From Podarcis tiliguerta (Eukaryota): DNA of 64,000 bases. The number at the start of each line of letters is the position of its first letter. Position 1 is the stretch's first letter. The stretch lies in the NCBI GenBank assembly GCA_965153285.1, contig OZ229118.1; one strand, written 5' to 3'. Positions 37,046-49,236 of this stretch are shown piece by piece. Under the pieces are notes generated by a model, which did no database searches, was not told the DNA's origin, and saw only the letters and a list, made by a program, of their open reading frames with translations. Made by a program: the position numbers and the translations under genes.

Positions 37046-37420
37046 GAAGCAGCTGTAAATGAGTTAAAGTTAATAGATGTTGCAGGATTACAGTTCCTGA
37101 TAGTTCCAGCCAGGATGGGCAATGGTCAGGAACAGTAGGAGCTGTAGTTGAGCATCTAAAAAGTCACAGGTTCTCAACCTCTGTGATATAGCATTAGCAC
37201 CAGTTCTAAAGAAGAAAATATCCCATGGAAAGAAGCAAAGTAGCACAGACCCATATCCTTATTAAAGGATGATCACAAGGTTCTGGTAACAATTATGGCA
37301 ATTAGACTAAATAATATTTTAAGATACTAGTATCAGTGAGGAACAAAAATGATTTATTAAAATTAGATTACTTCTTGAATATGGTTTTGAAGTAATCAAC
37401 TTAATTGATAAGGCAAATAA
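37046..37420 (+). repeat. Local duplication copy 2 (partner 34447-34770), including the L1 RT remnant
   Basis: Collinear and highly similar to copy 1, apart from an extra ~100 bp and a 21-bp inversion. Confidence 0.9.
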
Positions 37421-39841
37421 TACACTAAAGATCCAACCGACTATGTACATTTTTATTTTTATTTTCAGCATTTATATCCTGTCCTTCGCCTGATGGTTTC
37501 ATGCTGCACCTTAAAAACCAATCATTCTATTCCTCCCTTTATGCTATGCTTTAAATTCTATAGTTCTGCAACAGTGTATTAATTGATGGTTTGAGCTTCC
37601 AGATTATTTGGTGATGTATGATACTGAATGAGCATTACACTATTTTTACTCAGTTAAAATTGAGTAAATATTAATTATTGAGTAAATATTTTGCAAATAT
37701 TAAAGTGTTTGTTATTAATCCATGCAAATACTCAAGAAAAATAATAATTTAACTGTAAGAATCGAAAAGCATAAGAAGAACCCACCAAACACCCACCAAA
37801 CTGGTATTTCTCAGATATAGGTCTGGCAGCTACCATCATTGTATCTGGCTCCTTCAATGGTTTCCTGTGGCCTCAGATTCAGAGATGGGGAATTGACAAA
37901 CACATTTTGCCTTTGTTTCCTCCCTGACCAGCTCTTCTAGCCAATCAAGAGCTGCAGGTAGTTGCCCCTTCACATGCCTTTCACCAGCAGCTCCTAAACT
38001 GTCACCTTTCCTGGATCAATGCACACATATTTTTATTCTTCCATCCTTCCAGTAACAAGGATTGTTTTTGTTTGTTGTTTCTAACAGCATCACTAAATCA
38101 CTACAACAGTCCATCACCTATCAGAAGCTTTCACATATCAGACCTGTAGATTCCACTGTGCAAATATCAGCAGGGAAGAAAACCAGACATCTAAATCCAC
38201 CCTGCGTCGAACACAATTGCCTTGTTTTGTGTAATTGCTTTTCACTGTGCCTAGCGGAAAGGATTTTAAGATCATTGCAAGTTGTGGGTAGGTATTTTCA
38301 TTGAGAAGAAAAATAAGGGACCATTGTTTCGAACTCTTACAAGAGGTCTATCCGATAAATAAGGTAGGCTAAAGCATTGCCATATGACTCAAGCTATTGA
38401 CTTAGAAAGAGAACCTGACTCTAATATAAACTTGAATCCAGTATGATCAGATCAGTCATGCAAAGGCAACACAATTTACAGTGTGCTGTGTTTTACTCAC
38501 AGTGTTTGGAATTGTCCTGGGAGCACAGTAACAATACATTTGTCTTCTGCGTAAGTAACCAGATAGTTTCACGTATAAATGTTTTTAGTGTGGTGTATTT
38601 AGAATAATAAGTCTGGTTTGCTGAATGTGGCTATTCAGATGAAGTTCATTATGGCAAAAGAGCTGGGAGGAAAGCAAAGATTCCCATAGATCATCATTCA
38701 TGAATTAAAGATGAGCAGTATATATAATATATTTTCCAACACAGAATGCTCTGGAATATGGTGCTCTTCTTACAGTTACCAAGTGAACCACATCCCTCAG
38801 CTTATTGTAGTTTGGTCTAAACTGTGATTTGGGTAATTACCTCCTGTTCACCAAAGCTCTCCCTCAGTGCTTAATGAACAATATACTACTCCTTTGCAGC
38901 TGTTTTGCTTTATACTATTAATGTCTCATTGTTTCCCAATGTTCCCTGACTGTCTGCTGTGTCCACCTGTTGTCTCTTGACATTGTCTGCCAATGCTCTG
39001 GGTCATGTCCCATCTTTTTCATTCAGTGATGCTGAAGAATACCACAACACAATGGAGCTTTGGTCCATGATGATAGCTGCTGGGCACTACAGTAAAATTA
39101 ATAGCAACACTCTGCTATATTGCTCTTCACTTGCTAATTAATGCTTCACTACAACTGAGGATTCTCCGTCACAGTTTCCACTAAAGCAATTCGCTGTCTT
39201 CCCTTCTCTCTTTTTTTGTAAGAAAAAAATGAAACTATTTTGCTCATCACAAGCTGTCGTTTCGGATGCTTTCTTTGCAATAAAAACAAATTTGTCATGT
39301 TATTAAAGAAGGGGAAAGGACAGACAAATATTTGGAGGAGGTGAGTTATACACTGGGAAATATCCTACAGCAGAATTTTGATCACTTGCCAATTTTAGTT
39401 GCCACAGTTTGCTCACAAAATGACCAAAAGTCCTGTTCCAACTTCTGTGGGTACAGACATTTCTGCACTGGGCTCCATCTCCAGGCATGCCAGGATTTGA
39501 CCCTTGAACCTTAAAAGCAGGGCCATCTTTGCACCTCCACTTTTGACAGGGTCATTCAGCCAATGGGGGCAGCCAGTTTTTACCACAAGTATACCAAGGA
39601 ACAGATGCTACGTCATGCTATAACATCATTCCCATTGGGCCAATTATTCTGCAAATAAGATTTCTGTTGAGCTACTTTGACTTCAGCTCCACTGTCACTG
39701 CTTGAAGCAACTGCAAAGCTTTTCTCTCTCCCCACCCCCCACCCCCGTTTAAGAAAGAAAATACACATATTTTGCCTCATCTGAAATAAGGCACAACATA
39801 AACCAATTTCAGACATTTTCACCTCACTCTCTAAAAAAAGC

Positions 39842-40187
39842 TAAAGGGACCCCTGACCATTAGGTCCAGTCGTGGCCGACTCTGGGGTTGCGGTGCTCAT
39901 CTCGCTTTATTGGCTGAGGGAGCCGGCGTACAGCTTTCGGGTCATGTGGCCAGCATGACTAAGCCGCTTCTGGCAAACCAGAGCAGCACACGGAAACGCC
40001 GTTTACCTTCCCACCAGAGTGGTACCTATTTATCCACTTGCACTTTGACGTGCTTTTGAACTGCTAGGTTGGCAGGAGCAGGGACCGAACAACGGGAGCT
40101 CACCCCGTCGCGGGGATTCAAACCGCCAACCTTCTGATCTGCAGGTCCTAGGCTCTGTGGTTTAACCCACAGCGCCACCCGCATCCC
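39842..40187 (-). mobile_element. Sauria SINE (Squam1), full length
   Basis: Reverse complement of the Sauria SINE. TSD TCACTC(T/C)CTAAAA at 39824-39836 and 40190-40202. Confidence 0.92.
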
Positions 40188-40395
40188 CTTCACTCCCTAA
40201 AACAACTGATAAAGTCTCTGGGCTGAATATTTCAACCTTGTGGTGGCCAGGCAACCTCTTTGATACTGGACAACTGGTATTTCAAGGACTGATTAGGGAG
40301 GTGACTTTTTTTTTTTTTTTGTATGCCCATACTGGACAGGGCAGGGCAGGACAGGAGAAGGTAGTTGGCAAGGGTTCCCATTTCTTTTATTTCTA

Positions 40396-40665
40396 CTTAA
40401 TTAAGCAATAGGACAGCTGGCATGTGACTTTCCACTACCAGCTCATGGCTGCACCACAGTCTGAACCTCAAATGCCCCTGCATGGGAAGCAACACATTCT
40501 ATTTGCTTTCCAGGGTCAACTATTTCTTTTTCCGTATGCTGCCCCTGGAAAGGAAATGGAAACAAGGTCATTTCCCAGGAACACCTGAGATTTCCATTAG
40601 CTTGGTGCAGCCGCCATCACCAGTAACGGAACTTTAATTGCTGGGTTCCCTTTCGCTTAATTAAG
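40396..40665. mobile_element. 270-bp degenerate foldback (palindromic) element, unclassified MITE-like
   Basis: Nested symmetric inverted repeats: CTTAATTAAGC ends, GGCTGCACCA 40447 / TGGTGCAGCC 40603, and TTTCCAGGGTCAAC 40507 / GCTGCCCCTGGAAA 40538. Confidence 0.65.
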
Positions 40666-41325
40666 GAGGGGGGAGGGAGACCACCTGCTGGCCGCCTCAT
40701 TTCACAGAATGAATATTCGCCACTGCCACCCAAAGGGCATCATGCATGGTTTTTATATTTAATTTTATTTAATGTGTGGGGGAGCAATCATGTGATGATT
40801 GATGAGGAATAGGGGATAATTAATTGGAGGGAAATTGATTTTGCAGCAAGATTTGGGTGGAAATTGACTGGGTGTAAATTAATGGTGGGAAATTAATTGG
40901 GGTAAATTAATTGAAGAACTGCATCTGGGGTGGGATGCAAATTAACTCAAGAATTTATACAGGGTAATTTGGATGGGAAATTAATTGGCTTGCTTTCTGT
41001 GAAATTTAAATTGTAGTGATTATTTTGAAGTTTCCATATAATATGTAAATTCTGTGCAGATTTGTGAACTCTTGTATGTCTTCTTTTTTGGTGATACATA
41101 AGTGGTTACCCTGTTCAGACCAACCATATTTGATCTCCTTGTGTTCTACCACCTGGGACCTGTCAGAATTGTGTCTCTCTTGAGAGCCAGCAATCCTGGC
41201 AGAAAAGCATAACAAAGAAGGCTTCAAATACCAAAATATCAATCGCTCAAAATGCAAGCTGTCATTGCAGCATGAAACTAAAACAAAAAGACTGACCAAT
41301 CAATCCGAAGATATTCACTTAGAAG

Positions 41326-42004
41326 CAGGGTGGATAAAAATCAATGATTTTTTAAAAAAGAAATCAGTTTTTTTATTTAAATCAGATTTTTTTTAATTTA
41401 AATTGGATTTTTAAAATAAAATGCTTTTGAGGAAAAACCTTTCTAAAGATAGTTTTCTGTTTAAGTTACATTATAGTCCAAAGGCTATTCATCAGGAAAT
41501 AAGGATTTGTTTTAAGTTTTTCATGTGTGCTAAAACTCAAAGTTTTTTTTAAAAAAAACTGTTTAACCACATCAGTTAACAAACATGGATGCATATGCTA
41601 TAATGTTATTGTTTTAGTTAATTAAATTGTTTAAATTGTTTTTAAGGAAATGATTATTTTTCTCCTTCCAATAAATTACAGCAGAAAAGTTGTCTAAATA
41701 TAAACAGTTAACTTATTAAACCTCACAATAATTTCATAATTATCTATCTATGTATTTCTAACAGTATAATAAAATCAGTAATTTTTGATATAACTGTAAA
41801 AACTACTCTGGAAATTTATTGTTCCAAAAATGAAACCTTCATCTGGTTGTAAATATTAATATTATACTAGCAAGAATGAGTCTTTCTGTAAAAAAAAAAA
41901 AGATTTAAATGAAGTCTTACTGACTAGTGATTTAAATCAAGTCTAACTGACTAGTGATTTAAATTGTGATTTAAATCGATTTGATTTAAATCAAATCCAC
42001 TCTG
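41326..42004. mobile_element. Non-autonomous hAT element (679 bp) with GATTTAAATC subterminal repeats
   Basis: TIR CAGGGTGGAT / ATCCACTCTG. Perfect 8-bp TSD CTTAGAAG. Inserted into a small CAATCC..GATTGCAGC hairpin MITE. Confidence 0.92.
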
Positions 42005-43695
42005 CTTAGAAGTAAATCCTATTGTATGCAATGGAGCTTACTTCCAGCAAAGTGTGGATGTGATTGCAGCTTAAGCCTTTTGGTGTTTGGCAGTAACATT
42101 TCAGCTTTAATAGCATCCCTGTCTAACAAGTCCATGTAAGAAGGTTCCTTTTAATATCTAAAGTCCTGCAGAAAAGAAAGATCACTGGACAAGACTGAAA
42201 AATGGAAAGTTGAAAAGTAGACAGGTTTAGCTACTATACTGAAGAAGTGAACTCTGAAAAAGCGCCAAGATTTTCAATAGTCTACCAAGTAACCTCCATT
42301 TCTACTGTACCGGCTTGTGTGTGTGTGTACACAAAGTAAGTACAAATGCAAAACTCTGATGTCTTGTTATAGATGCATTCTAGTTTCCAAAGGAGAGTGT
42401 GTTGGCTATGCTTTTCTGGCTATAAACTGTACAGCAATTGCAATAATACAAAGAAAAATATGCATGTGTGAAACAAAAATATGCAGAAAACTGCATTCTT
42501 ACAAGAAGACAGAATGCCTTGCTATAATAACTAAGCAGTTGTATTACATTTTCCCCTACCTCCATTCTCTTTTAAATCTCAAGTTATTTAGAGTGTCATG
42601 CGCCTTTAATTAAGAATATAATTCTTATTTACAGCACAGGAAATGTTTTAAATTTGTTGAAACAATAAAATTGGTGAAACTTGTAACAACCCTGATTTCA
42701 CTCCAGTACTTGGAAACTTGGCTCAAATTCCATTTATGCAAATGTATTTTATAATTCTAGTATCATCTGTATAGCACCTGAACTATAAGTAAGCAATTAA
42801 AAAGCAATAATAATAAATTGCCACCTTGCATTTGCTTGAATTGCTTCACTTTTAAAGGCAGGAACTAAAGCACAATGACACATTTTGGTCTGGAATATAC
42901 ATAGAAGGCTTTTTTCCTGCTTGCTTCTCATGCACACCACATTCTATTAGTGTGACATCATCACCGCTTCTAAGTAGAATACCACTCTTCTTTGCACACA
43001 TGGTTGTCATGTATCTCCCCAGGCTGCTTTTCCAGTACACAAACAGCTGAGGAAGTGCCCTGTGTTTCTTCAGCTTTGCACCATGTGTGCTGTCCACATG
43101 CATTTGGAGTAGTATAATCATGCAAACTGCCCTTCAACCATTCTCCTTTGGAGTTCAAATATTTAACCCTATTTCAGCCAGCTTCACACACAAGAAATAA
43201 TCAACAGCCACTCCATAAATCATAAATACGCACACTTCTATTTTGCATTCAGATTTATAATGGTATTTTTATAGCTCTTGGTCTCTAGCCAACAGGAAAG
43301 CTTAATAAGGCTATGTATGAACTAGACTAGGTGTATGATACAATCCCTGCAGAAGGAAGGATCTGGTGTTTAAACGATTTCCCTTTAAAAATACTCCTCC
43401 CACACCTTACATTTTCTAAAAGAATGATGTCAGGATTGTATTATTCCGAACACATTAGAGGGTGCTTTAAAATTTTGATATGTTTCTGTGCTTCCGTACT
43501 ACAAAAATGTCAACCTTCTGTTTATTGTAAGGGCTATTTTTCTCTTTCCACGTTGAACACAGAAATCAGTCAGTTTGAATAAACAAAGTGAATGTTAGCT
43601 ACTTAATAAAATACTGTAATTTTATCAAACAGCAGCATATCTTGACTTAAGGCACAAAATAGGGTAGCATAGCCGTTAACACTTAAGTGCTAGAA

Positions 43696-43873
43696 CAGTG
43701 GTTCCGAAACTTCCCCTGATGGTCCACTTGAAAATTGCTGAGGGTCTTGGGGACTACTTAATGACTTTTTTGCCTGTTGTAGGCTGTAGGAATTGTAATG
43801 TACTGTGCTAGATCCTCCATGGTTTTAAACTATTTTTAGGAACATGCCATAGACCACAGTTTGGGAATCTGTG
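43696..43873. mobile_element. Older hAT MITE
   Basis: CAGTGGTTCCGAAAC / GTTTGGGAATCTGTG ends. Flanks TGCTAGAA / CACTAGAA (6/8). Confidence 0.6.
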
Positions 43874-43972
43874 CACTAGAAATCTCCTTTCTCATTGTAG
43901 CCAGGCCACTTCTTTCAGCTTCAATCCCTCAATCTGTAACATGGGAATAATATTAATAATAACTTTACAGAA

Positions 43973-44190
43973 CAGTGGTACCTCGGGTTACAGACGCTTC
44001 AGGTTACAGACTCCGCTAATCCAGAAATAGTACCTCAGGTTAAGAACTTTGCTTCAGGATGAGAACAGAAATTGCGCACCAGTGGCAGCAGGAGGCCCCA
44101 TTAGCTAAAGTGGTACCTCAAGTTAAGAGCAGTTTCAGGTTAAGATCGGACCTCCAGAACAAATTAAGTTCTTAACCTGAGGTACCACTG
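43973..44190. mobile_element. Tigger-like MITE, family B
   Basis: Same TIRs and body as 6922-7163, but flanked by AA on both sides instead of TA. Confidence 0.9.
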
Positions 44191-44432
44191 AACATTGTTT
44201 TAAATGCTGTGAATAAAATGCATATGAAATTTTCATCTTTGTTAATGAAAAGGAGGGAGAATTGGCTAGAATTGACCCACCTGTAATAATTCCACTAAAA
44301 CAGGTGGTGAGAACTTTAATCAAGATCCGAGGAAAGACTTCTTCTGATTCCTGCAAGGTTGTAACTAACAACTAATGACAAATGGAATGGGAATTATTTT
44401 AAGTTACTTTTTTGTTTTTGTTTTTTTAAGGA

Positions 44433-44492
44433 CGCCGCAACCCCAGAGTCGGCCACAACTGGACCTAATGGTCAGGAGTCCCTTTACCTTTA
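44433..44492 (+). mobile_element. Sauria SINE 3' tail only
   Basis: CGCCGCAACCCCAGAGTC..GGACCTAATGGTCAGG..CCCTTTACCTTTA. Confidence 0.85.
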
Positions 44493-44736
44493 GTAGTAAG
44501 TAGTGATGATGATGTAACTGATTTGCCCCAAGGGGAATAACAAAATTACAAAACTGTTAGTTTGGGAATATCCCCCAAATGTCCACTACAAATATTCCTT
44601 ATAACATCCTCCTTTTCCCAGAACATATTACTGAATAGAGGATCTGCAACAGACCAATTTATTTGGGTGATTTGACCACCTGGGCATAGATGTAGCTTGC
44701 ATCACCTGCAGTTAGTACTGTGCACAGTTATACAGT

Positions 44737-44844
44737 GATATCCAACATTTGTCGTACTCAGAGTAAATCTACTAAAATCAATGGGTATAAATAAATATAC
44801 TGGTATGAATGAGACCACTCTGAGTATGGTGAACATTGGATATC
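44737..44844. mobile_element. Small hairpin MITE (related decayed copies ~45038-45110, 55031-55100, 61800-61880, 63510-63620)
   Basis: GATATCCAA / TTGGATATC and TACTCAGAGT / ACTCTGAGTA nested inverted repeats. Confidence 0.6.
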
Positions 44845-45124
44845 CCTCACAATTTGTACTCCACTTTAAGCATTTCTATATGAAAAATGATGCCTCGTGA
44901 ATAGGCACCAACCACCTTGCTATGTTTCTCAGTAAAGGTCACTTGAATGAGATTTCCCACTAAATTTCCACCTGCTTTTTTGGTGGGGTAGGGGGTCTCT
45001 AAAAAGGGAAGCTGAAAGATAGTTGTACATCTCTACGGGTGCAATCCTCTACACACATCACCCTGGGAGTAAGTCCCATTGAACAAAATGGGCCTTATGT
45101 TCTGTGTAGCCATGCTTTGTCCAT

Positions 45125-45373
45125 GAGAGCCAGTGTGGTGTAGTGGTTAAGAGCGATTGACTCGTATTCTGGTGAACCGGCTTCGATTCCCTGCTCTTCC
45201 ACATGCAGCTGCTGGGTGACCTTGGGCCAGTCACACTTCTTTGAAGTCTCTCAGCCTCACTCACCTCACAGAGTGTTTGTTGTGGGGGAGGAAGGGAAAG
45301 GAGAATGTTAGCCGCTTTGAGACTCCTTTGGGTAGTGATAAAGCGGGGTATCAAATCCAAACTCTTCTTCTTC
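45125..45373 (+). mobile_element. tRNA-derived SINE (Squam2/Anolis SINE2-like), full length
   Basis: GAGCCAGTGTGGTGTAGTGGTTAAGAGC head, TTCGATTCC B box and (CTT)n tail. Sibling of 23888-24131. Confidence 0.88.
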
Positions 45374-48300
45374 ATATATAAAATGCATAATTTCTCAGAA
45401 TTCCCATTTTCTACCTACAAAATAACTTGTGCCTTTTGCCTTCTTTTGGAGGAAGATCTGGGAAACAGATGGAACTTATATTCTTAAAAATGGGAGATCA
45501 ACCTTTGTATGTTTCTTCTTCCCAACAGTCCTGTGAGCAACCTGAAACCTGAATAGCACCTAAAAGAGCCTGATTTGAGCATCTGCTGCCTACTCTCATG
45601 TTTTATCTCAAGACTGTGAATAAATGCAGACTTCAATGATGGCTCCAAGACCAGCCAACTTTTTCTCCTCCTACCCCAAGATGTATACCATCTTGCCTGG
45701 AGAATTTGAAAGCTTGCACAAAATTTTGAAAATTTTTGCTCTCCTAATAATGGTATTGCAGTAATGTGGATTTTGGATTTTTTCTTACAGAAACATGGCT
45801 ACCTTTAATTTTAAAAAACCCTGAATTTAGGTAAATACTTTCTTTCAACAAGTTTTTTTTCCACCCACCTCCAACATTATATGGCTTTTTTATTGTTTTA
45901 TACGTAGCTCTACACATGCCAACAAGATTTACCAATGGTTTTCTTCTCAACATGGTTTCTATTTTTACCCTTCAAAGTCTACACTAATCCATTTAGATTG
46001 CTGCCTTGTTTATATGAAGAGAAGTTTGAAAACAATTACATTTCCAAATTATAAAGGCCATCATTTCATTAAGATTCCCCTACCCTAATCTTGGCATCTG
46101 TGCATTCTTTTACACATAGAGAATATCTATAACATTGCTGCTTTTCTTCATGACTGCTTTCATATGTATGTATGTATGTATGTATGTACCGGTATGTATT
46201 TGTTATTCTTTCCATTTCTTATCCATCCTTCACCTTAAGGTCCCAAGATGGGTTCCAGCAATTTAAAAATGCAGTATTAAAAAAAACTGTTTAAAGCAAA
46301 TTACTGTACAACCAGAAGAATAAGATGCATCCAGGATGCAATGATTATGATCTTGGTATATGCCCAACCACATCATTGGGCAGGTGGGTGTGTACACGCA
46401 CACACACACACGTTGGCATCTGTTTTCAAATGAACACACTGTAGAGTATGCAGAATCAATTTGTTTTCAAGTTGTTAATAAGTGCTTTTCATGGGCAAAA
46501 CCCCGCCCCATGAACTAGATCTAGACTGGGTGTGAACTACATAGGAAAAAACAAGTACTCAGTCCTCACTGATTCTAGAATAAAATGTTGTGCATATGCT
46601 GCCTATGCATTATAAATGTTAGCACAGTAAATTTGGTGTGCACCATCAACAAGCCCATCTCCAGACTCTCCCTGTCCCTTTTCCCCAGGCCTAGAAGGAA
46701 TTCTGATGCAGGCGCGTTTTAGGAGACCTGACATGCAGTTGTGCAGACTGTGTTTCATCACAGACTTCAAAGGAACTGCAAAGGCCATCTAGTTCAAGCC
46801 ACTCCCAACTAGATGACCTTTGAAGTCCTTTCCAACACTATGATTCTAAGATTCTATGATTCACACAGTTAGAAGCTGTGTCTCACCTAGACTACCTTTG
46901 CGAAGTGAAAACAACTGAAAAATGTTTAAACAAATAAAAATTGTGGGTGGCAAATTTAATTAGTGTTGGGGATCAAGCAACTCTCTGATGGTCCTTCAGA
47001 TGTAGTTCAAATGTTCAGAATGAAAGGAAAGAGTTTCCACCCATGGACAAAACAGACAATTTGTTTCCTTTCACTAGCACTAAGTTTTTTTTTGTTCCTG
47101 ACTTTCTCCTGTACCTGCTTTCATGGAGATGTGTAATGTGCAGACTGAAAGATTTCCTAGATTGCATCAGATGAGAAAATTTCCTCCATGATTAGAGGAA
47201 ATTGCTGCTGGTGTGACTTACTAGTTCACTTGGTACATTTCCCCATGCTAGTGTATGCATACCAAAGTACAGTTTTGAACTCCACATGTGAACAAGGAAA
47301 AAGAAGTATTTTGTGCACAGGAGCTAAAATGAGTGCAGCTTGTTGTGATGAGGAGTGAAAGTCTTCCTCTCTTGTTACTACAATACTTATACATACACTA
47401 ACCTTTGGAACTGCCTTCGAATTTCTCCTCATCAAAATCATGCATGCAATGTATAAAAATGTGTTTTATGGTAATATACTAAAAACAACAGGTGCTTCTT
47501 GAAATATATTTTTAAGTCATAGACTTAAATAAACAAGCAGCTGCAATTACTGAACTGCGTGGAAGATGGGCCTTTAAACATGCAAAAATGAGAATGATTA
47601 CAATTCAAGGTGGATTTAAAAGTGGGCTGTCCCTGACATATCCAGAGTACCAGCAATTTGTGATGAAAGTGCTAGAGCTGTCTTTCTTACAAGCTTTTGT
47701 GTTAAGATAAAAACACAAAGAATATCACAGGTAGGTGGTAAATGGTCTGAACGAATAGCAGCTTATGCCTCTCTTCCATTCCTTTGGATAGATTATTTTT
47801 CAACATATGGGACAATTTGCTCAATACAGCATTTCCATTCCGTGGCAATAATGGTGGAAAATAACATCCTATTTACAAGGATATTACTTTCAGAGATGGG
47901 ATTCTCTTATTCTGCATTCTCTGCTATCATATCTCTGCAGCTTTGCTCCAATTTCACAGTGCTCTTCATAAATTCAGCTGTAGGAACTACTAACTAAGCT
48001 ATTCACCATTTGTCTGGTTTTGTGGGGGGGGTAGTCCTTTAATCACCCAGAGAAAGAGATACTCCCCCCACACCCCACAAGAGATGAAATATGATAAGGA
48101 ATCCAGTTCAGAGGTACACTTTTGTCCTTGGGCTCATATAGAGTTGTACACATCTGCAAGCAATTAAAAGGTATTGAAATAGTCTAGTGGCTGTGACTAT
48201 GAGCTAGGACATCCACAGTTCAATGCTCACCCCAGCCATGCACTAACTAGGTGTTCTTACTTCCTACATCGTCCTTCTGAAGCTGTTCTGGATAGTGTAT

Positions 48301-48994
48301 ATTCTCCAGGTGACCAGCCTGCTATAGATCAGTGATAGCAGAAAACCAGTTTGCCCATCCCATTGTAAAGCAGCTGCTGCAGAGCAACTTTAGCTTTCTT
48401 TTAGTTTTGGCTTTGCATTGCAACCAGACTGCCCCAAGCCCCACAGGAAGAGAAAGGGTAGAATAATGAGGTGGTGTTGCAGAGATGCCCCACAAAGGCT
48501 CTCCTGGCCTTGTTTTGCAGGTAAAAGAGCCACCATTAGCCAGACCAAACAAAAGATTATAATACATTGTAAACTCGCTTCCCCTAAAACAGGTAAGGGC
48601 AGTTTGCAGCAATTGTGTCTGCTGATTTGTGGTTTGTACACATTCAGTCCATGCACAAACACAAAGAGAGACAGAGAGAAAGAGAGACCTAATGGCTTAA
48701 GCCAAATAAGTACTGTATATTGAACACCAGTACACCATACAACCCACATGCCCAGGGCCTATGTTCATGATTATTTCAGCATGCGATGGTGCAGGAAGAG
48801 ATTTGCCCATGCCGACTCCCAGATATATTAGTGAGTTTTTTCATAGTCATCTATGGGTTTGGGGGATGAATCTTTCAGAAAACAGCTTGTGAGAATGCTG
48901 GGAGATGGCAAAAGTATCCAAGGAAACCCCTAAAGATATGGGACTAAGAGAGGCAAGAGGTCCTCTTTGACTCAAGCGGGAGAGAAAGGAGGTA

Positions 48995-49236
48995 CAGTGG
49001 TACCTCAGGTTAAGTACTTAATTCATTCTGGAGGTCCGTACTTAACCTGAAACTGTTCTTAACCTGAAGCACCACTTTAGCTAATGGGGCCTCCTGCTGC
49101 TGCCACGCTGCCGGAGCACAATTTCTGTTCTCATCCTGAAGCAAAGTTCTTAACCTGAAGCACTATTTCTGGGTTAGCGGAGTCTGTAACCTGAAGTGTA
49201 TGTAACCTGAAGTGTATGTAACCCGGGGTACCACTG
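48995..49236. mobile_element. Tigger-like MITE, family B (reverse orientation)
   Basis: TA|CAGTGGTACC...GGTACCACTG|TA. Confidence 0.92.

Noticed and set aside
1527-43881. Several hAT TSDs share a TAGA core (CTTTAGAT, GTCTAGAA, TGCTAGAA)
   Set aside because: This matches the known NTCTAGAN target preference of Charlie/Buster-type hATs and is not novel.
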